A stretch of 62,962 nucleotides of DNA, filler included, from Nitrospinota bacterium (lineage in GTDB: Bacteria > JAUXIQ01), in NCBI GenBank assembly GCA_030620925.1. It is 16 parts of 16 records of this genome, joined end to end, with 100 filler letters (N's around TTAATTAATTAA, not from the genome) between each part and the next. Parts side by side here need not be neighbours in the genome. Positions count along the whole stretch, not along the records: positions 19,164 to 22,486 come from JAUXIQ010000328.1; positions 22,587 to 26,876 come from JAUXIQ010000235.1; positions 26,977 to 29,511 come from JAUXIQ010000443.1; 13 more parts are not named here. One strand, given 5' to 3'. The notes under the pieces are model-generated. The model was not told where the DNA came from and did no database searches. It saw only the letters and a program-made list of their open reading frames with translations. Of this stretch, positions 19,164-29,611 are shown in pieces. The position numbers and the translations under genes were made by a program. How positions within the stretch are numbered: position 1 is the stretch's first letter; every line of letters begins with the position of its first letter.

Positions 19164-20287
19164 AGCCCATCGCTTTGACCGGGATGTTCATTCCGGTGGA
19201 GCTCCTGGTGGCCATGGATATCCCCCACGTGTGCGCCGAGAACAACGCCATGTTCACCTCTCAGATGGAGATCGACAAAGTCCCCGATCTGCTGGAGATC
19301 GGTGAGGGGCACGGCATGTCCAGCGAAGTCTGCTCGCCGCACAGAATCGCCGTGGCCCTGTCAAAATCGAAGAGAGTGCCCAGGCCCTCGATGGTGGTAA
19401 GCACTTCCACCACTTGCGACCAGACCCTCAAACTATATGAAGTTCTCGCCGACATGTACGAAGTCCCCAGCTACTTCCTGGACAGCGTCTACAGCAACGA
19501 CCCCCGCAGCGTGAATTACGCCAGGCAGGATGTCCAGGGCCTCATCGAATTCATGGAAGAGCATACCGGCCGCAAGCTGGACATGGATAAACTTACGGAG
19601 TCGGTGACCTACGCCAAGCAGCTTTACGATTACTGGGATGAGATTTGCGAGCTGCGCAAAGCCCAGCCCTGCCCCGTCAGCGCACGGGAAGCGGTGAAGG
19701 ACTTCGGAGTCATGCTCTCCTCGTGCGGGCGCGTTGAAGGCGTTAATTACTACCGGGCCAGGCGGGACGAGCTCAAGGCCAGGGTGGAAAAAGGGGAAGG
19801 CGTAGGCTACGAGGAGAAGTACAGGATAGCCTGGCTCTATGTGCTCCCCATGTTCGACCTGAAGATAGCCGACTGGCTCATGGAGGAGCACGGCGCAGTC
19901 ATCGTCATGGACACCTTCGGCTACGCCAATCCCGGGGTGGACCTGGATACCTCCGACCCCGTAGACTTCCTGGCCAAAAAGGCCCTCAAGTGGGGTTTCG
20001 TGTGCACCACCTACGGCCCCAACGAGACGACCGGGTTCACCAGGATCATGGCCGACCTGTGCAAAGAGTACGAAGTGGACGCCGCTATCTGCTACGCCCA
20101 TTGGAGCTGCAACCAGTACTGCGGAACCATCAAGCTGTTGAGGGACGAGATCACCGAAGCCATAGACTGCGAGTTCCTCATCCTGGACGGCGACCTGCTG
20201 GACTACCGGGTGGTCTCCAGCGAACAGTTGAAAGAGAAGCTTAACGGGTTCATGAGTATGCTTAAAGCTAAGAGGGCGGAGGTTTAG
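19164..20287 (+). CDS. 2-hydroxyacyl-CoA dehydratase / class I benzoyl-CoA reductase catalytic-subunit family (HGD-D), 5' truncated
   Basis: PVELLVAMDI, EVCS, TTCD, HWSC, LDGDLLD. Confidence 0.88.
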
Positions 20288-20288
20288 A

Positions 20289-21119
20289 ATGATAGTGGCC
20301 GGTTGCGACGTCGGCTCCACCACGGGGAAAGTGGTCATCATGGATGACGGAAACATCCTCTCCCATTCACTGGTGCCCTCGCGTGTGATCTGCGAGGATA
20401 CCGCCGTGGAAGCCATGAACAACGCGCTGGAAGGCACCGACCTCAAGCTGGAGGATATCGAGTATATAGTGGGGACCGGCTACGGACGCGTCAATATCCC
20501 TTTCGCCAGGAAGAACATCACCGAAATATCCTGCCACGGGATGGGAGCCTTCTGGACCAGCCCGGAAATAAGAACGGTCATCGATATCGGGGGGCAGGAC
20601 TGCAAGGTCATCAAGCTGGAGCCGAACGGCAAGGTGCGCGAGTTCGTGATGAACGAAAAGTGCGCCGCCGGCACGGGCCGCTTCATGGAGGACACCGCCC
20701 TGGCCCTGAGTCTCGCGGTGGAAGAGCTGGGCCCCCTCTCCCTGAAGGCTGCCAGCAGGGCCTCGGTAAGCGCCCAGTGCAGCGTATTCGCTGAGACCGA
20801 GGTGATCTCCCTGATGGCGGAGAAGAGGCCGCTGGAGGAGATCGTGGCGGGCATCAACGACGCGGTAGCCAGCCGACTGGCGGGCATGGTGCTTCGGGTG
20901 GGAATGGAGGAACAGGTGGTGCTCTCCGGCGGGGTGTCCAAGAACGTTGGCGTGATCAGATTTTTGCAGGAGCGCATGAAGGTCGAGTTCGTGGACGTTA
21001 GCGAAAAGGTGGACCCCCAGCTCATGGGCGCCCTGGGCGCTGCCATCTTCGCCCGGCAACGCGCAGATAAGGGAGAGCGCCGGACCAGGCGCAGAAGGTC
21101 AAGAGCGGAAAACGCATGA
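20289..21119 (+). CDS. CoA-substrate-specific enzyme activase (BadF/BadG/BcrA/BcrD ATPase)
   Basis: GCDVGSTTGK, TGYGR, DIGGQDCK, NEKCAAGTG, CSVFAETE. Confidence 0.92.
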   Translation: MIVAGCDVGSTTGKVVIMDDGNILSHSLVPSRVICEDTAVEAMNNALEGTDLKLEDIEYIVGTGYGRVNIPFARKNITEISCHGMGAFWTSPEIRTVIDIGGQDCKVIKLEPNGKVREFVMNEKCAAGTGRFMEDTALALSLAVEELGPLSLKAASRASVSAQCSVFAETEVISLMAEKRPLEEIVAGINDAVASRLAGMVLRVGMEEQVVLSGGVSKNVGVIRFLQERMKVEFVDVSEKVDPQLMGALGAAIFARQRADKGERRTRRRRSRAENA

Positions 21120-21155
21120 TGAGAGGTTGATGAAAAAAGTGTGGAGAATTGATTG

Positions 21156-21929
21156 ATGATAGTAGCAGGCTGCGACGTCGGTTCCAGGTTCGGCAAGGTG
21201 GTGGTAATGAACAACGGGGAGATGCTCTCACACAGCATCGTCCGGTCCGCCATCACCAGCGAGGATACCTCCCGCATGGCCATGGATAAGGCCCTGGAGG
21301 GATTGGATATCGGCCTGCAGGACATAGATTATATAGTGGCCACCGGATACGGCAAGTTGAACGTCCCCTTCGCCCAGGAGACGATCTACGAACTCGCCTG
21401 CATAGCGATGGGCTCCCATAAGATCAACCCTGGGGTGAGGACCACCATCGATATAGGGGGCCAGGACGCCAAGGTGGTCAAAGTGGATGAGAAGGGAGGG
21501 GTGAAAGACTTCGTCCTGAACGATAAGTGCGCCTCAGGCACCGGCCGTTTCCTGGAGGATATAGCCCGCGTCCTGGAGGTGGACATGGAAGATATGGGCC
21601 CCCTCGCCCTGCGATCGCAGAGTCCGGCGCAGATAAGCAGTCAGTGCAGCGTCTTCGCAAAGTCGGAAGTGGTCTCCCTGATCGCGGAGAAGGTTTCTGC
21701 AGTGGACATCACGGCCGGCATCAGCGAGGCGATCTCCAGCCGGGTGGCCTCCATGGTGCACCGCCTGAACGCCGAGGAAGAGGTCATGCTCTCCGGAGGT
21801 GTGGCCAAGAACGAGCGGGTGATCAACGACCTGCAGGAAAAAATCAAGATGGAGATCACCCCCTACTCCCTTGATCCGCAGTTGGTGGGTGCTCTGGGAG
21901 CCGCACTGCTCGCCGCCAGGAAAGCCTGA
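21156..21929 (+). CDS. Second CoA-substrate-specific enzyme activase
   Basis: GCDVGSRFGK, DIGGQDAK, NDKCASGTG, CSVFAKSE. Confidence 0.9.
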   Translation: MIVAGCDVGSRFGKVVVMNNGEMLSHSIVRSAITSEDTSRMAMDKALEGLDIGLQDIDYIVATGYGKLNVPFAQETIYELACIAMGSHKINPGVRTTIDIGGQDAKVVKVDEKGGVKDFVLNDKCASGTGRFLEDIARVLEVDMEDMGPLALRSQSPAQISSQCSVFAKSEVVSLIAEKVSAVDITAGISEAISSRVASMVHRLNAEEEVMLSGGVAKNERVINDLQEKIKMEITPYSLDPQLVGALGAALLAARKA

Positions 21930-21940
21930 GCGGGAAAAAG

Positions 21941-22486
21941 CTACTTCCCGGCCAGCCCCAGGGCTTTGTAGAACTTTTCCGGAATCTTGTCCCTGTCCTT
22001 GTAGATGTACATCCGGCAGGGCTCTTCCGGTTTATCCGGAGGCTCGATGGCCCATTGAATATGGCCGTACCACCGGATGGTCATGATGCCGTTCCAGACC
22101 GCACAGTGGGCGCAGTAGACGGGCAGCCCCTCCTTCCCGAAGGTCTGCGGCTGAGCTCCCTTCACCCTGGCGAACTTCCCCCCTTCGTCGAACCAGCCCT
22201 TGCGCATCATCCTGCCCCCGCTCCCGCAGGGGTCGTTGATGAAGGTGAATTTCTCCTCATCCTCCTCCACGGTCATATTCCCCATGTGCGATTTGGCCAG
22301 GAAGGCCGTTGCCCGGGCGAAATCCTCGGTGCTCATCTGCTCCCAGGCGTCGAAGCCTGCCTTCTGGCTCTCGGCGCTCCCTTCGAGCACTTCGAAAAGC
22401 GCCTCGTCTCCGCAGGTGGTGTAGGCCCAGTTGAAGATGGTGGCCAGCGTTTCCACGAAAAAGTCGTGGATGGGCAGGAACTGCGC
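21941..22486 (-). CDS. Cys-containing hypothetical protein (5' truncated)
   Basis: DPCGSGGR, PVYCAHC, PC motifs; codon bias like neighbouring genes. Confidence 0.7.
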   Translation of the reverse strand, partial: AQFLPIHDFFVETLATIFNWAYTTCGDEALFEVLEGSAESQKAGFDAWEQMSTEDFARATAFLAKSHMGNMTVEEDEEKFTFINDPCGSGGRMMRKGWFDEGGKFARVKGAQPQTFGKEGLPVYCAHCAVWNGIMTIRWYGHIQWAIEPPDKPEEPCRMYIYKDRDKIPEKFYKALGLAGK

Positions 22487-22586
22487 NNNNNNNNNNNNNN
22501 NNNNNNNNNNNNNNNNNNNNNNNNNNNNNNTTAATTAATTAANNNNNNNNNNNNNNNNNNNNNNNNNNNNNNNNNNNNNNNNNNNN

Positions 22587-23699
22587 CTCTTCCGTGGGCA
22601 GCCCTAAATTCTCGTCATAGGAACAGGTGTGCAGCGACTGGGTGCCGGAGAGTATCGCCGCCAGAGCCTCTATAGTGACCCTGACGACATTATTGAGCGG
22701 CTGCTGACGGGTCAGCGATGAACCAGCGGTATGGACGTGAAATTTATATTTCAAAGCCCTTGGTTCTCTGCCCCCGAACTCATCGTGTATTATCCTCGCC
22801 CATAATCGTCTGGCGGCCCTCAATTTTGCGATCTCTTCAAAGAAATCGATCTCCGCGCTGGCGGTAAACGTTATGCGGGGGGCCATGTCGTCTATTGCTA
22901 TTCCCCGTTTCAGGCCTTCTCTCAGATATTCTTTGGCGAGGGCGAAGGTAAATGCTATTTCCTGGGGTGCATTGACGCCGTTTTCCCGGATATTATACCC
23001 GTCTACACTCAGGGGATTCCATCTGGGTACGTGGTTGATGCAATACTCCACACAATCGATGGCCAGTTTTAGAGCCAGGTCTGAAGGGACAAAACTCCGC
23101 TCGTAGCCGCAGAAAGGGTCTCCGAGCGTATCGTTTAGAATGGTTCCCCGCAGCTCATTAAAATTAAATCCCTTCCTTTTGGCGGCCACCAGGTAAAAGG
23201 CCATAAGCATGGTGGAGCCGATGGTGCTCAGATTGACGCTGATGTTTTCGAGAGGAATGCCTTCCAGGACCGTTTCCATGTCTTGTATCGATGAGACGGG
23301 GGCGCCCTGAAGCCCTATATCTCCTTTGGCCAGGGGGTGGTCTGCATCCACCCCGGAATTGGTGGGTATGTCAAAAGCGATATTTACGGCGCTCTCCCCT
23401 TGATCGATTAAGTATTTAATCCTTTCATTGGTTTTTTCAGGCGATCCGAAGCCGCAAAGCTCCCGCCGACTCCAAAGCCGCCCCCTGTACATATTGGGGT
23501 AGATACCCCGGGTATACGGAAAAGAGCCGGGGTCATTAAGGTCTTCTTCGTAAGACATCCCTTCAATATCTTTCGGTCGGTAATATTCCTTAACGCTATA
23601 GCCGGACCACGTTTCAAAATTGGGGGGTTTCTCCCGGTAGATGCTTTCGGCCTCCTCGGCGCTCGGCAAATTTTTCTTTTGATCGGTTTTATTATCCAA
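22587..23699 (-). CDS. Adenosylcobalamin-dependent acyl-CoA mutase large subunit (MCM family, divergent), 3' truncated
   Basis: PGSFPYTRGIYPNMYRGRLW, AFDIPT, FFEEIAKLRAARRLWA, TAGSSLTRQQPLNN; GGGAGG precedes TTG at 23699 (alternative ATG at 23720). Confidence 0.92.
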
Positions 23700-23989
23700 C
23701 TGATAGACCTCCCTTTTCATCTGCTCTGAATTCCGTTGATCGGAAGCAGGCTCCGTTGACCTCTCACCCCGGCTATTGTATCATTTTTTAATCCGGGCTT
23801 TAAGATGGTTCAACTCAATTTGATACAGGCATAAAAGCGAAAGCTGTTTATACCCCTTCGCAGACCGGCGGCGGCCTTCCTATTTTATTGCTCATCTCCC
23901 GCCATTTTGATATGCTTTCACGAACCTGAACTCCCCTGCGTCACCTGTATACTCACCGTCTTCGTGAGATCATATAAAGGAGGACCACC

Positions 23990-24988
23990 GTGGCTGATAA
24001 CAGGCCGGCAGACCCCAACCTCATTCACCGACTGGCCACCGGTTACATGGGTACCTGCGTGCTCCTGGCCGCCCTGGAGCTGAACGTGCTGGACGAAATC
24101 TCCGGAAAATCGCTGACCTCGGCGGAGGTAGCCGAAGCGCTCGAGCTGGACCCCAGACCCGTGGACAGGCTCCTGGTAGCCCTCACCGCCCTTGGACTGC
24201 TTGAGCGGGAAGAAGGGAAATACTCCTGTTCCCCCGAAGCGGAGAGATACCTGGTAAAATCCAGCCCCAGCTACTTCGGCGACTATTACCGCTTCCAGGT
24301 GCGCGAGTGCCTGATGCCCGATTTCATCCGCCTGGACGAGCTGATCAGGCAGAACCGGGCCATCATGTCCGATAACTGGGCGGAGTTCATGAGCGACCCC
24401 GAAAAGGCGCGGGTGTTCATACTGGGGCAGCATTCCGCTTCCCAAGGCGGAGGGAGAATGCTGGCCAGGAAGTTCGATTTTTCCGCCTACCGGAACATGG
24501 TGGACCTGGCCGGTGGCTCCGGGGCCTGCTCCATCGCCGCCTGCCAGGGCAACCCGGAATTGAAATCGGTGATAATAGATTTTCCCAACGTGCTCAAGGT
24601 GGCGGAGGAAATCATCGAGAAGGAGGGTCTCTCCGACCGCATAACCACCCAGCCCGGTGACCTCAGAAAAGACGACTGGCCCGAGGGCGACCTCATGCTC
24701 ATCTCCCTCATAATAAGCGGCTACTCGAAGGAGACGCAATTAAAGGTTTTCCGAAAATGTTTTGATAAGCTCCCCTCCGGCGGGGCCATCGTGGTCCACG
24801 ATTTTCTCATGGACGGCGATTACAAAGGCCCGCTGCTCTCCGCCCTGTACAACATTACGTCGGTGGAGGGGGTCCCCCTGTCCGGTGAGGATATGGCAAG
24901 CCTGCTCCAGGAAGCCGGTTTCGTGGAACCGGTTATGGACACCGTGATACCCGAATATACCGCCATGGTGGCGGCGAGGAAACCGTGA
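23990..24988 (+). CDS. SAM-dependent methyltransferase, type 2 (dimerisation plus O-MTase domains)
   Basis: AALELNV..RLLVAL N-terminal domain; VDLAGGSG, PGDL, LPSGG. Confidence 0.88.
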   Translation: MADNRPADPNLIHRLATGYMGTCVLLAALELNVLDEISGKSLTSAEVAEALELDPRPVDRLLVALTALGLLEREEGKYSCSPEAERYLVKSSPSYFGDYYRFQVRECLMPDFIRLDELIRQNRAIMSDNWAEFMSDPEKARVFILGQHSASQGGGRMLARKFDFSAYRNMVDLAGGSGACSIAACQGNPELKSVIIDFPNVLKVAEEIIEKEGLSDRITTQPGDLRKDDWPEGDLMLISLIISGYSKETQLKVFRKCFDKLPSGGAIVVHDFLMDGDYKGPLLSALYNITSVEGVPLSGEDMASLLQEAGFVEPVMDTVIPEYTAMVAARKP

Positions 24989-26172
24989 TGTCAGCCATAT
25001 TATCGCAGCCGATAGATATAGGAGAAAGAACTGCGCCCAACCGCATCGTCTATCAGGCCATGGAGGCCAACGACGCCGACGAGCTGGGCCGCCCCAGCGA
25101 CAAGACCTTCAGGAGATACACGAGCTTCGCCGAAGGTGGGCCGGGGATAATCTTCCTGGAGGCCATAACCGTCTCCCATGAGAGCCGGGGCAGGATGAAC
25201 CAGCTCAGAATCAACCCGGAGACGGAGGAGAGCCTGCGGGAGCTGGTTGCGGCCATGAAGGAAACGAATCCCGAGCCGCTGATACTTTTCCAGATAACCC
25301 ACGACGGGAGACAGAGCGGGAGCTTCTCCCGCGTGGTCTCGGTCTACCCAGCGGATGATCCCGCGGTGGAAACGCTCACCACCGATGAGCTCGAAGCCAT
25401 CGGCGACCAGTTCGCCGCCGCCGCCGCCATCACCCGCTCGGTGGGTGCGGACGGCATCGACTTCAAACACTGCCACGCATACCTATGCTGTGAGATGCTG
25501 CGACCGGCAAACCGGCGGGACGACAGATTCGGGGGCAGCTTCGAGAACAGGACGCGCTTCTTCCGGGAGACGCTGGACAAAATAAAGGGAGCGGTGGACG
25601 ATCCGTCCTTCATTCTCGGCTGCCGCACATCGTCATACGAGCCGGAGCCGGGCGGCTGCGGCACTGCGGGCCCGGATACTGACCGCGAAGACCTCGCCGA
25701 GTCCGTCGCCTTCGCCCGCCTGATGGAAGAGTCGGGGATGCACTACATAAACATTTCCGCGGGCAGGCCCCTATCCGTCCCCACCAGGGACGCTCCGGAA
25801 GCGGTGCTCCATCATTTCCGGCTGACCGAGGAGATCAAGAAAAACGTGAGCATGCCCGTAATGGGCACGGCCTACAGCCTCTTGAGAGACGGCGACAATA
25901 AGATGCAAGAGCCGGACCCTCAGAAGAAATCGTTAAGATACTGGGCCGAAAAGAACGTGAGAGAAGAACATGTGGATATGGTCGGCGTGGGGCGGCAGTC
26001 CTTCGCCGACCCCCTGTTCGCCAAAAAGCTTCTCTCCGGCGCGGACGATATAAATTACTGTACCCTCTGTAACGGCTGCTTCAAGCTCCTCTACTATCAG
26101 AAAGTGGGCGGATGCGCCGTTTACGATGATTTCTACCGGGCGCTTCTGAAAGAAGCCTCCAAAAAAGAATAG
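24985..26172 (+). CDS. Old-yellow-enzyme family NADH:flavin oxidoreductase with C-terminal Fe-S motif
   Basis: FQITHDGR, DFKHCHAYL, NRRDDRFGGSFENRTR, GRQSFADP, CTLCNGC. Confidence 0.88.
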   Translation: MMSAILSQPIDIGERTAPNRIVYQAMEANDADELGRPSDKTFRRYTSFAEGGPGIIFLEAITVSHESRGRMNQLRINPETEESLRELVAAMKETNPEPLILFQITHDGRQSGSFSRVVSVYPADDPAVETLTTDELEAIGDQFAAAAAITRSVGADGIDFKHCHAYLCCEMLRPANRRDDRFGGSFENRTRFFRETLDKIKGAVDDPSFILGCRTSSYEPEPGGCGTAGPDTDREDLAESVAFARLMEESGMHYINISAGRPLSVPTRDAPEAVLHHFRLTEEIKKNVSMPVMGTAYSLLRDGDNKMQEPDPQKKSLRYWAEKNVREEHVDMVGVGRQSFADPLFAKKLLSGADDINYCTLCNGCFKLLYYQKVGGCAVYDDFYRALLKEASKKE

Positions 26173-26184
26173 GGGGAGATAGAC

Positions 26185-26876
26185 ATGGCTGAATTCGAGA
26201 TAATAGACGCTCATCTGCACACCTATACCACGGCGGAAATCGGCCTCCAGGCAATGCAGGGGAGAGGCAGGGCCGGTTACACCGGAGTGATCGACGAGCT
26301 GCTCGGAATAATGAAAGAGGGCGGCATCAGCAAGTCGGTGATGCTGAACCTCACTCCCCAGCCGGAAATGCGGGATGCGGCCCTGGCCAAAATTCCTGAG
26401 GACAAACGGGAAGAAGCCCTGCCCGAAATCAACGACAAGATGATCGCCCGCACCATCCGCCGCAACCAGTGGAGCTGCGACGTGGCCAAAGAGCACCCCG
26501 AGCTTATCGCATACGTAAACCTCGACCCCAACATGTCGGCCCAACAGATAATTGACGAGATTCACGACAAGGTGGAGAACCACGGAGCCAGTGGGATAAA
26601 GATGCACCCTGCAAGCCAGCGCTTCTACCCCGCCGATGAGCCTCTGCTGCCAGTGTATCAGACGGCGCTGGAGATGGGCTTGCCGGTATTTTTCCACGCC
26701 GGTGAATTCCACGGCCCACCCGACTACGCAAGGCCCCGCGGCTTCGTCCAGGTGCTCGACCAATTCAAAGAGCTCACGGTCTTATTGGCCCATTTAGGCC
26801 GCGGATACGAAGACGAAGCGGCGGAGTTGGCCGCCGGGTACCCCAACGTATACTTCGATCTCTCCGCCTGCATTTC
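26185..26876 (+). CDS. Amidohydrolase_2 family protein (partial)
   Basis: IDAHLH, GIKMHP, FHAG, LAHLG. Confidence 0.87.
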
Positions 26877-26976
26877 NNNNNNNNNNNNNNNNNNNNNNNN
26901 NNNNNNNNNNNNNNNNNNNNTTAATTAATTAANNNNNNNNNNNNNNNNNNNNNNNNNNNNNNNNNNNNNNNNNNNN

Positions 26977-27556
26977 CCATGAGCTGCTCTGGGGGCACTA
27001 CCCTGTTCACCAGGCCCACGCGCAGCGCTTCCTGGGCGTCTATCATGTCTCCGGTGAGCACCATCTCCATGGCTTTTTTCCTGCCCACGAGTCGGGTGAG
27101 GCGTTGCGTCCCGCCCCAGCAGGGGTTGAAGCCCAGGTTGATTTCGGGCTGGCCCATCCTGGCTTTATCGGAAGCAACGGCCAGGGTAGCGGCTTCGATT
27201 ATCTCGCAGCCGCCGCCGAGGGCATACCCGTTCACGGCGGCGATCACCGGTTTGCCAAGATTCTCCATGAGGTCCAGGAACCGCTGGCCGGACAGGGAGA
27301 AAAGCTCCCTCCCCTTGATAGGCCCTTGAAGGGCGAATTCGTGTATCTCGTTTATATCCGCTCCGGCCACGAATCCTTTATCTCCGCTGCCGGTGAGGAT
27401 CACCACTCTTACCTCCGGATCGTCTTTTATCTCGGTGAAAACCTGTGTGAGCTCGGCTACCGTCCGACTGTTGAGCGCGTTCAATACCTTGGGCCGATTC
27501 ACAGTTACGTAACCAATGCCTTCTTTCTTCTCGTAAAGAATATTCTCATAGCTCAT
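26977..27556 (-). CDS. Crotonase / enoyl-CoA hydratase (partial)
   Basis: NRPKVLNALN, FVAGADI, LGGGCE, QPEINLG. Confidence 0.92.
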
Positions 27557-27753
27557 CTTCAACCCTCCTGGGAATAACTGTATGTAGAATTTTATATAAA
27601 CCGATCAACGGACAAAAACGATTAGAAGAATGGCAGGGGAAACCGTAAAAAGCATAAACTACTGTTTCGGATACTATAGTTGGAGACGTTTGTCAAGACC
27701 GGAGACTTGCCGGGTGCACCTCGGGAGAACCTCCAGGGCACCTGCAGGGAACC

Positions 27754-28065
27754 TTGAGGGAACCATTTTGAAAAAAGGTTCCCTCAAACTCCTTCCCAAA
27801 ACTTTTGTTACCGATCATGGGCACTTCTCCGCACTGACACTCTGGATGGATTTTATCAGGTCTATCCCTATTGACTGTCATAAAAATCTTTGGAGGGGGG
27901 ATTGGGGGGCACCTTTCTTTAGAAAGGTGCCCCCCAAGAGCTCACCTAACCCCGCGTGCAGCGGGGTTAGGTAAAAGTTTTCCCCTGACCTGATACTACG
28001 AGCAAAAGTTTTTAGGGGGAGTTTAGCTTCACTTTCCGCGGGGGTTTTTCAAAAAGGGTTCCCTC
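27754..28065. repeat. Three copies of a ~52-bp palindromic repeat plus one extra hairpin
   Basis: Minus-strand copy 27754-27806, plus-strand copies about 27882-27937 and 28004-28065 (aaaagttttt..ggga..GGGAACC tttt.aaaa GGTTCCC); perfect hairpin acctaaccccgc-gtgca-gcggggttaggt at 27944-27972. Confidence 0.7.
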
Positions 28066-28085
28066 TGAAGTAAACCAAGCTCCGA

Positions 28086-28114
28086 TTGACGCAGGAATGG
28101 GGGTATAGTATAAG
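28086..28114 (+). promoter_or_regulatory. Sigma70-type promoter
   Basis: TTGACG-N17-TATAAG. Confidence 0.55.
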
Positions 28115-28180
28115 AACTTTTACTGACCGTGAAGTAACAACCCGCTAATAATGACAAATTTCCATGGGGGGAAACGAAAG

Positions 28181-28786
28181 ATGAAGATATTGGGATTCAT
28201 CGGCAGCCCGCGCAAAGGTGAGAATACGGACGTACTGGTCAACCACATCCTGGATAAAGCTAAAGAGTGCGGCGCCGAAACCAAGCTCTACAACATCTGC
28301 GACATGAAAATAGGCGGCTGCGTGGCCTGTCTGGCCTGCAAGAGCAACCCCGGCACCTGCTCCATCGAAGACGACATGCTGCCCCTCTACGACGAAATCG
28401 TGGGAGCGGACGCGGTGGTCATAGGCTCGCCGGTCTACGTGGGCTGGATAACCGCCCAGGCCAAAGCCTTCGTGGACAGGCTCTACGCCTTCCTGGGGCC
28501 GGACTACAAACCCTACATCGAGACACCCAAACGCTGCCTGCTGGTAATGCCCCAGGGCCACCCCGACGGGAGCCGCTACGAGTTCATCGGGACACAACTG
28601 GGGTTTCTCCTGAAATTCTTATGCAACCTGGAGACCAAATACTTCATCGCCGCCGGTGTGGGGAAGCGAGGCGCACGCGGCGCTGACGTCAGAGAACATC
28701 AGGATATCATGGACGCCGTATCCAAACTGGCCGAAGAATTGGTCACCGCGCCCACCTGGGAAGGTGTCAAGGACCCCACGCCATAA
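28181..28786 (+). CDS. Iron-sulfur flavoprotein / NADPH-dependent FMN reductase family
   Basis: GSPRKGENT, CVACLAC, CSIEDDM, GSPVY, KAFVDR. Confidence 0.88.
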   Translation: MKILGFIGSPRKGENTDVLVNHILDKAKECGAETKLYNICDMKIGGCVACLACKSNPGTCSIEDDMLPLYDEIVGADAVVIGSPVYVGWITAQAKAFVDRLYAFLGPDYKPYIETPKRCLLVMPQGHPDGSRYEFIGTQLGFLLKFLCNLETKYFIAAGVGKRGARGADVREHQDIMDAVSKLAEELVTAPTWEGVKDPTP

Positions 28787-28841
28787 GACTGCAAAAGAAA
28801 ATCAAGAAAATCAATAGATCCGATTGATAAGGAGAGGGGAA

Positions 28842-29511
28842 ATGATTCTGGATGAGTTGAAGCTTGACGGGAAAGTAGCGGCGGTGACGGGTGCCGGACG
28901 GGGTTTGGGGAAGGCCATGTCCCTGGCGCTATCGCAGGTGGGCGCTTCCATCGTGGCGGCGGCCAGGAGCAAGGACCAGATCGAAGGCACGGCCAAAGAG
29001 ATAAACGATGCGGGCGGAAAATGCATCACGGTGGTTACCGACGTGCAGAAGCTATCGGATATAAACAACATGATAGACACGACCGTAAAGGAGTTCGGAA
29101 AAATCGACATCTTGCTGAACAACGCGGGGTTCGGCATTGCCAGGAATGCGCTCGAAGTAACCGAGGAGGATTGGGACTCTATCCTGGATACCAACCTGAG
29201 GGGGATGTTCTTCTGTTCGCAGGCGGCGGCGAAACACATGGTGGATCAGGGGAGCGGGAAGATAATCAACATCGCTTCGGGCGCCGGACTGAGGGGCTTG
29301 AAATACGAGGTACCCTATAGCGCCAGCAAGGGCGGCGTCATAAACATGACCCGCGCCCTGGCTCTGGAATGGGCCCGGCACAAGATCAACGTCAACGCCA
29401 TCGCTCCGGCATGGTTCCCGCTGGAATCGCATTCGGGGACTTATGCCGAAGACGAAATGAAGAAGAAGCTGCTCAAACATATCCCGCTGAGGCGGTTCGG
29501 CGAACCCAGCG
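28842..29511 (+). CDS. Short-chain dehydrogenase/reductase (partial)
   Basis: TGAGRGLG, NNAG, YSASK. Confidence 0.92.
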
Positions 29512-29611
29512 NNNNNNNNNNNNNNNNNNNNNNNNNNNNNNNNNNNNNNNNNNNNTTAATTAATTAANNNNNNNNNNNNNNNNNNNNNNNNNNNNNNNNN
29601 NNNNNNNNNNN

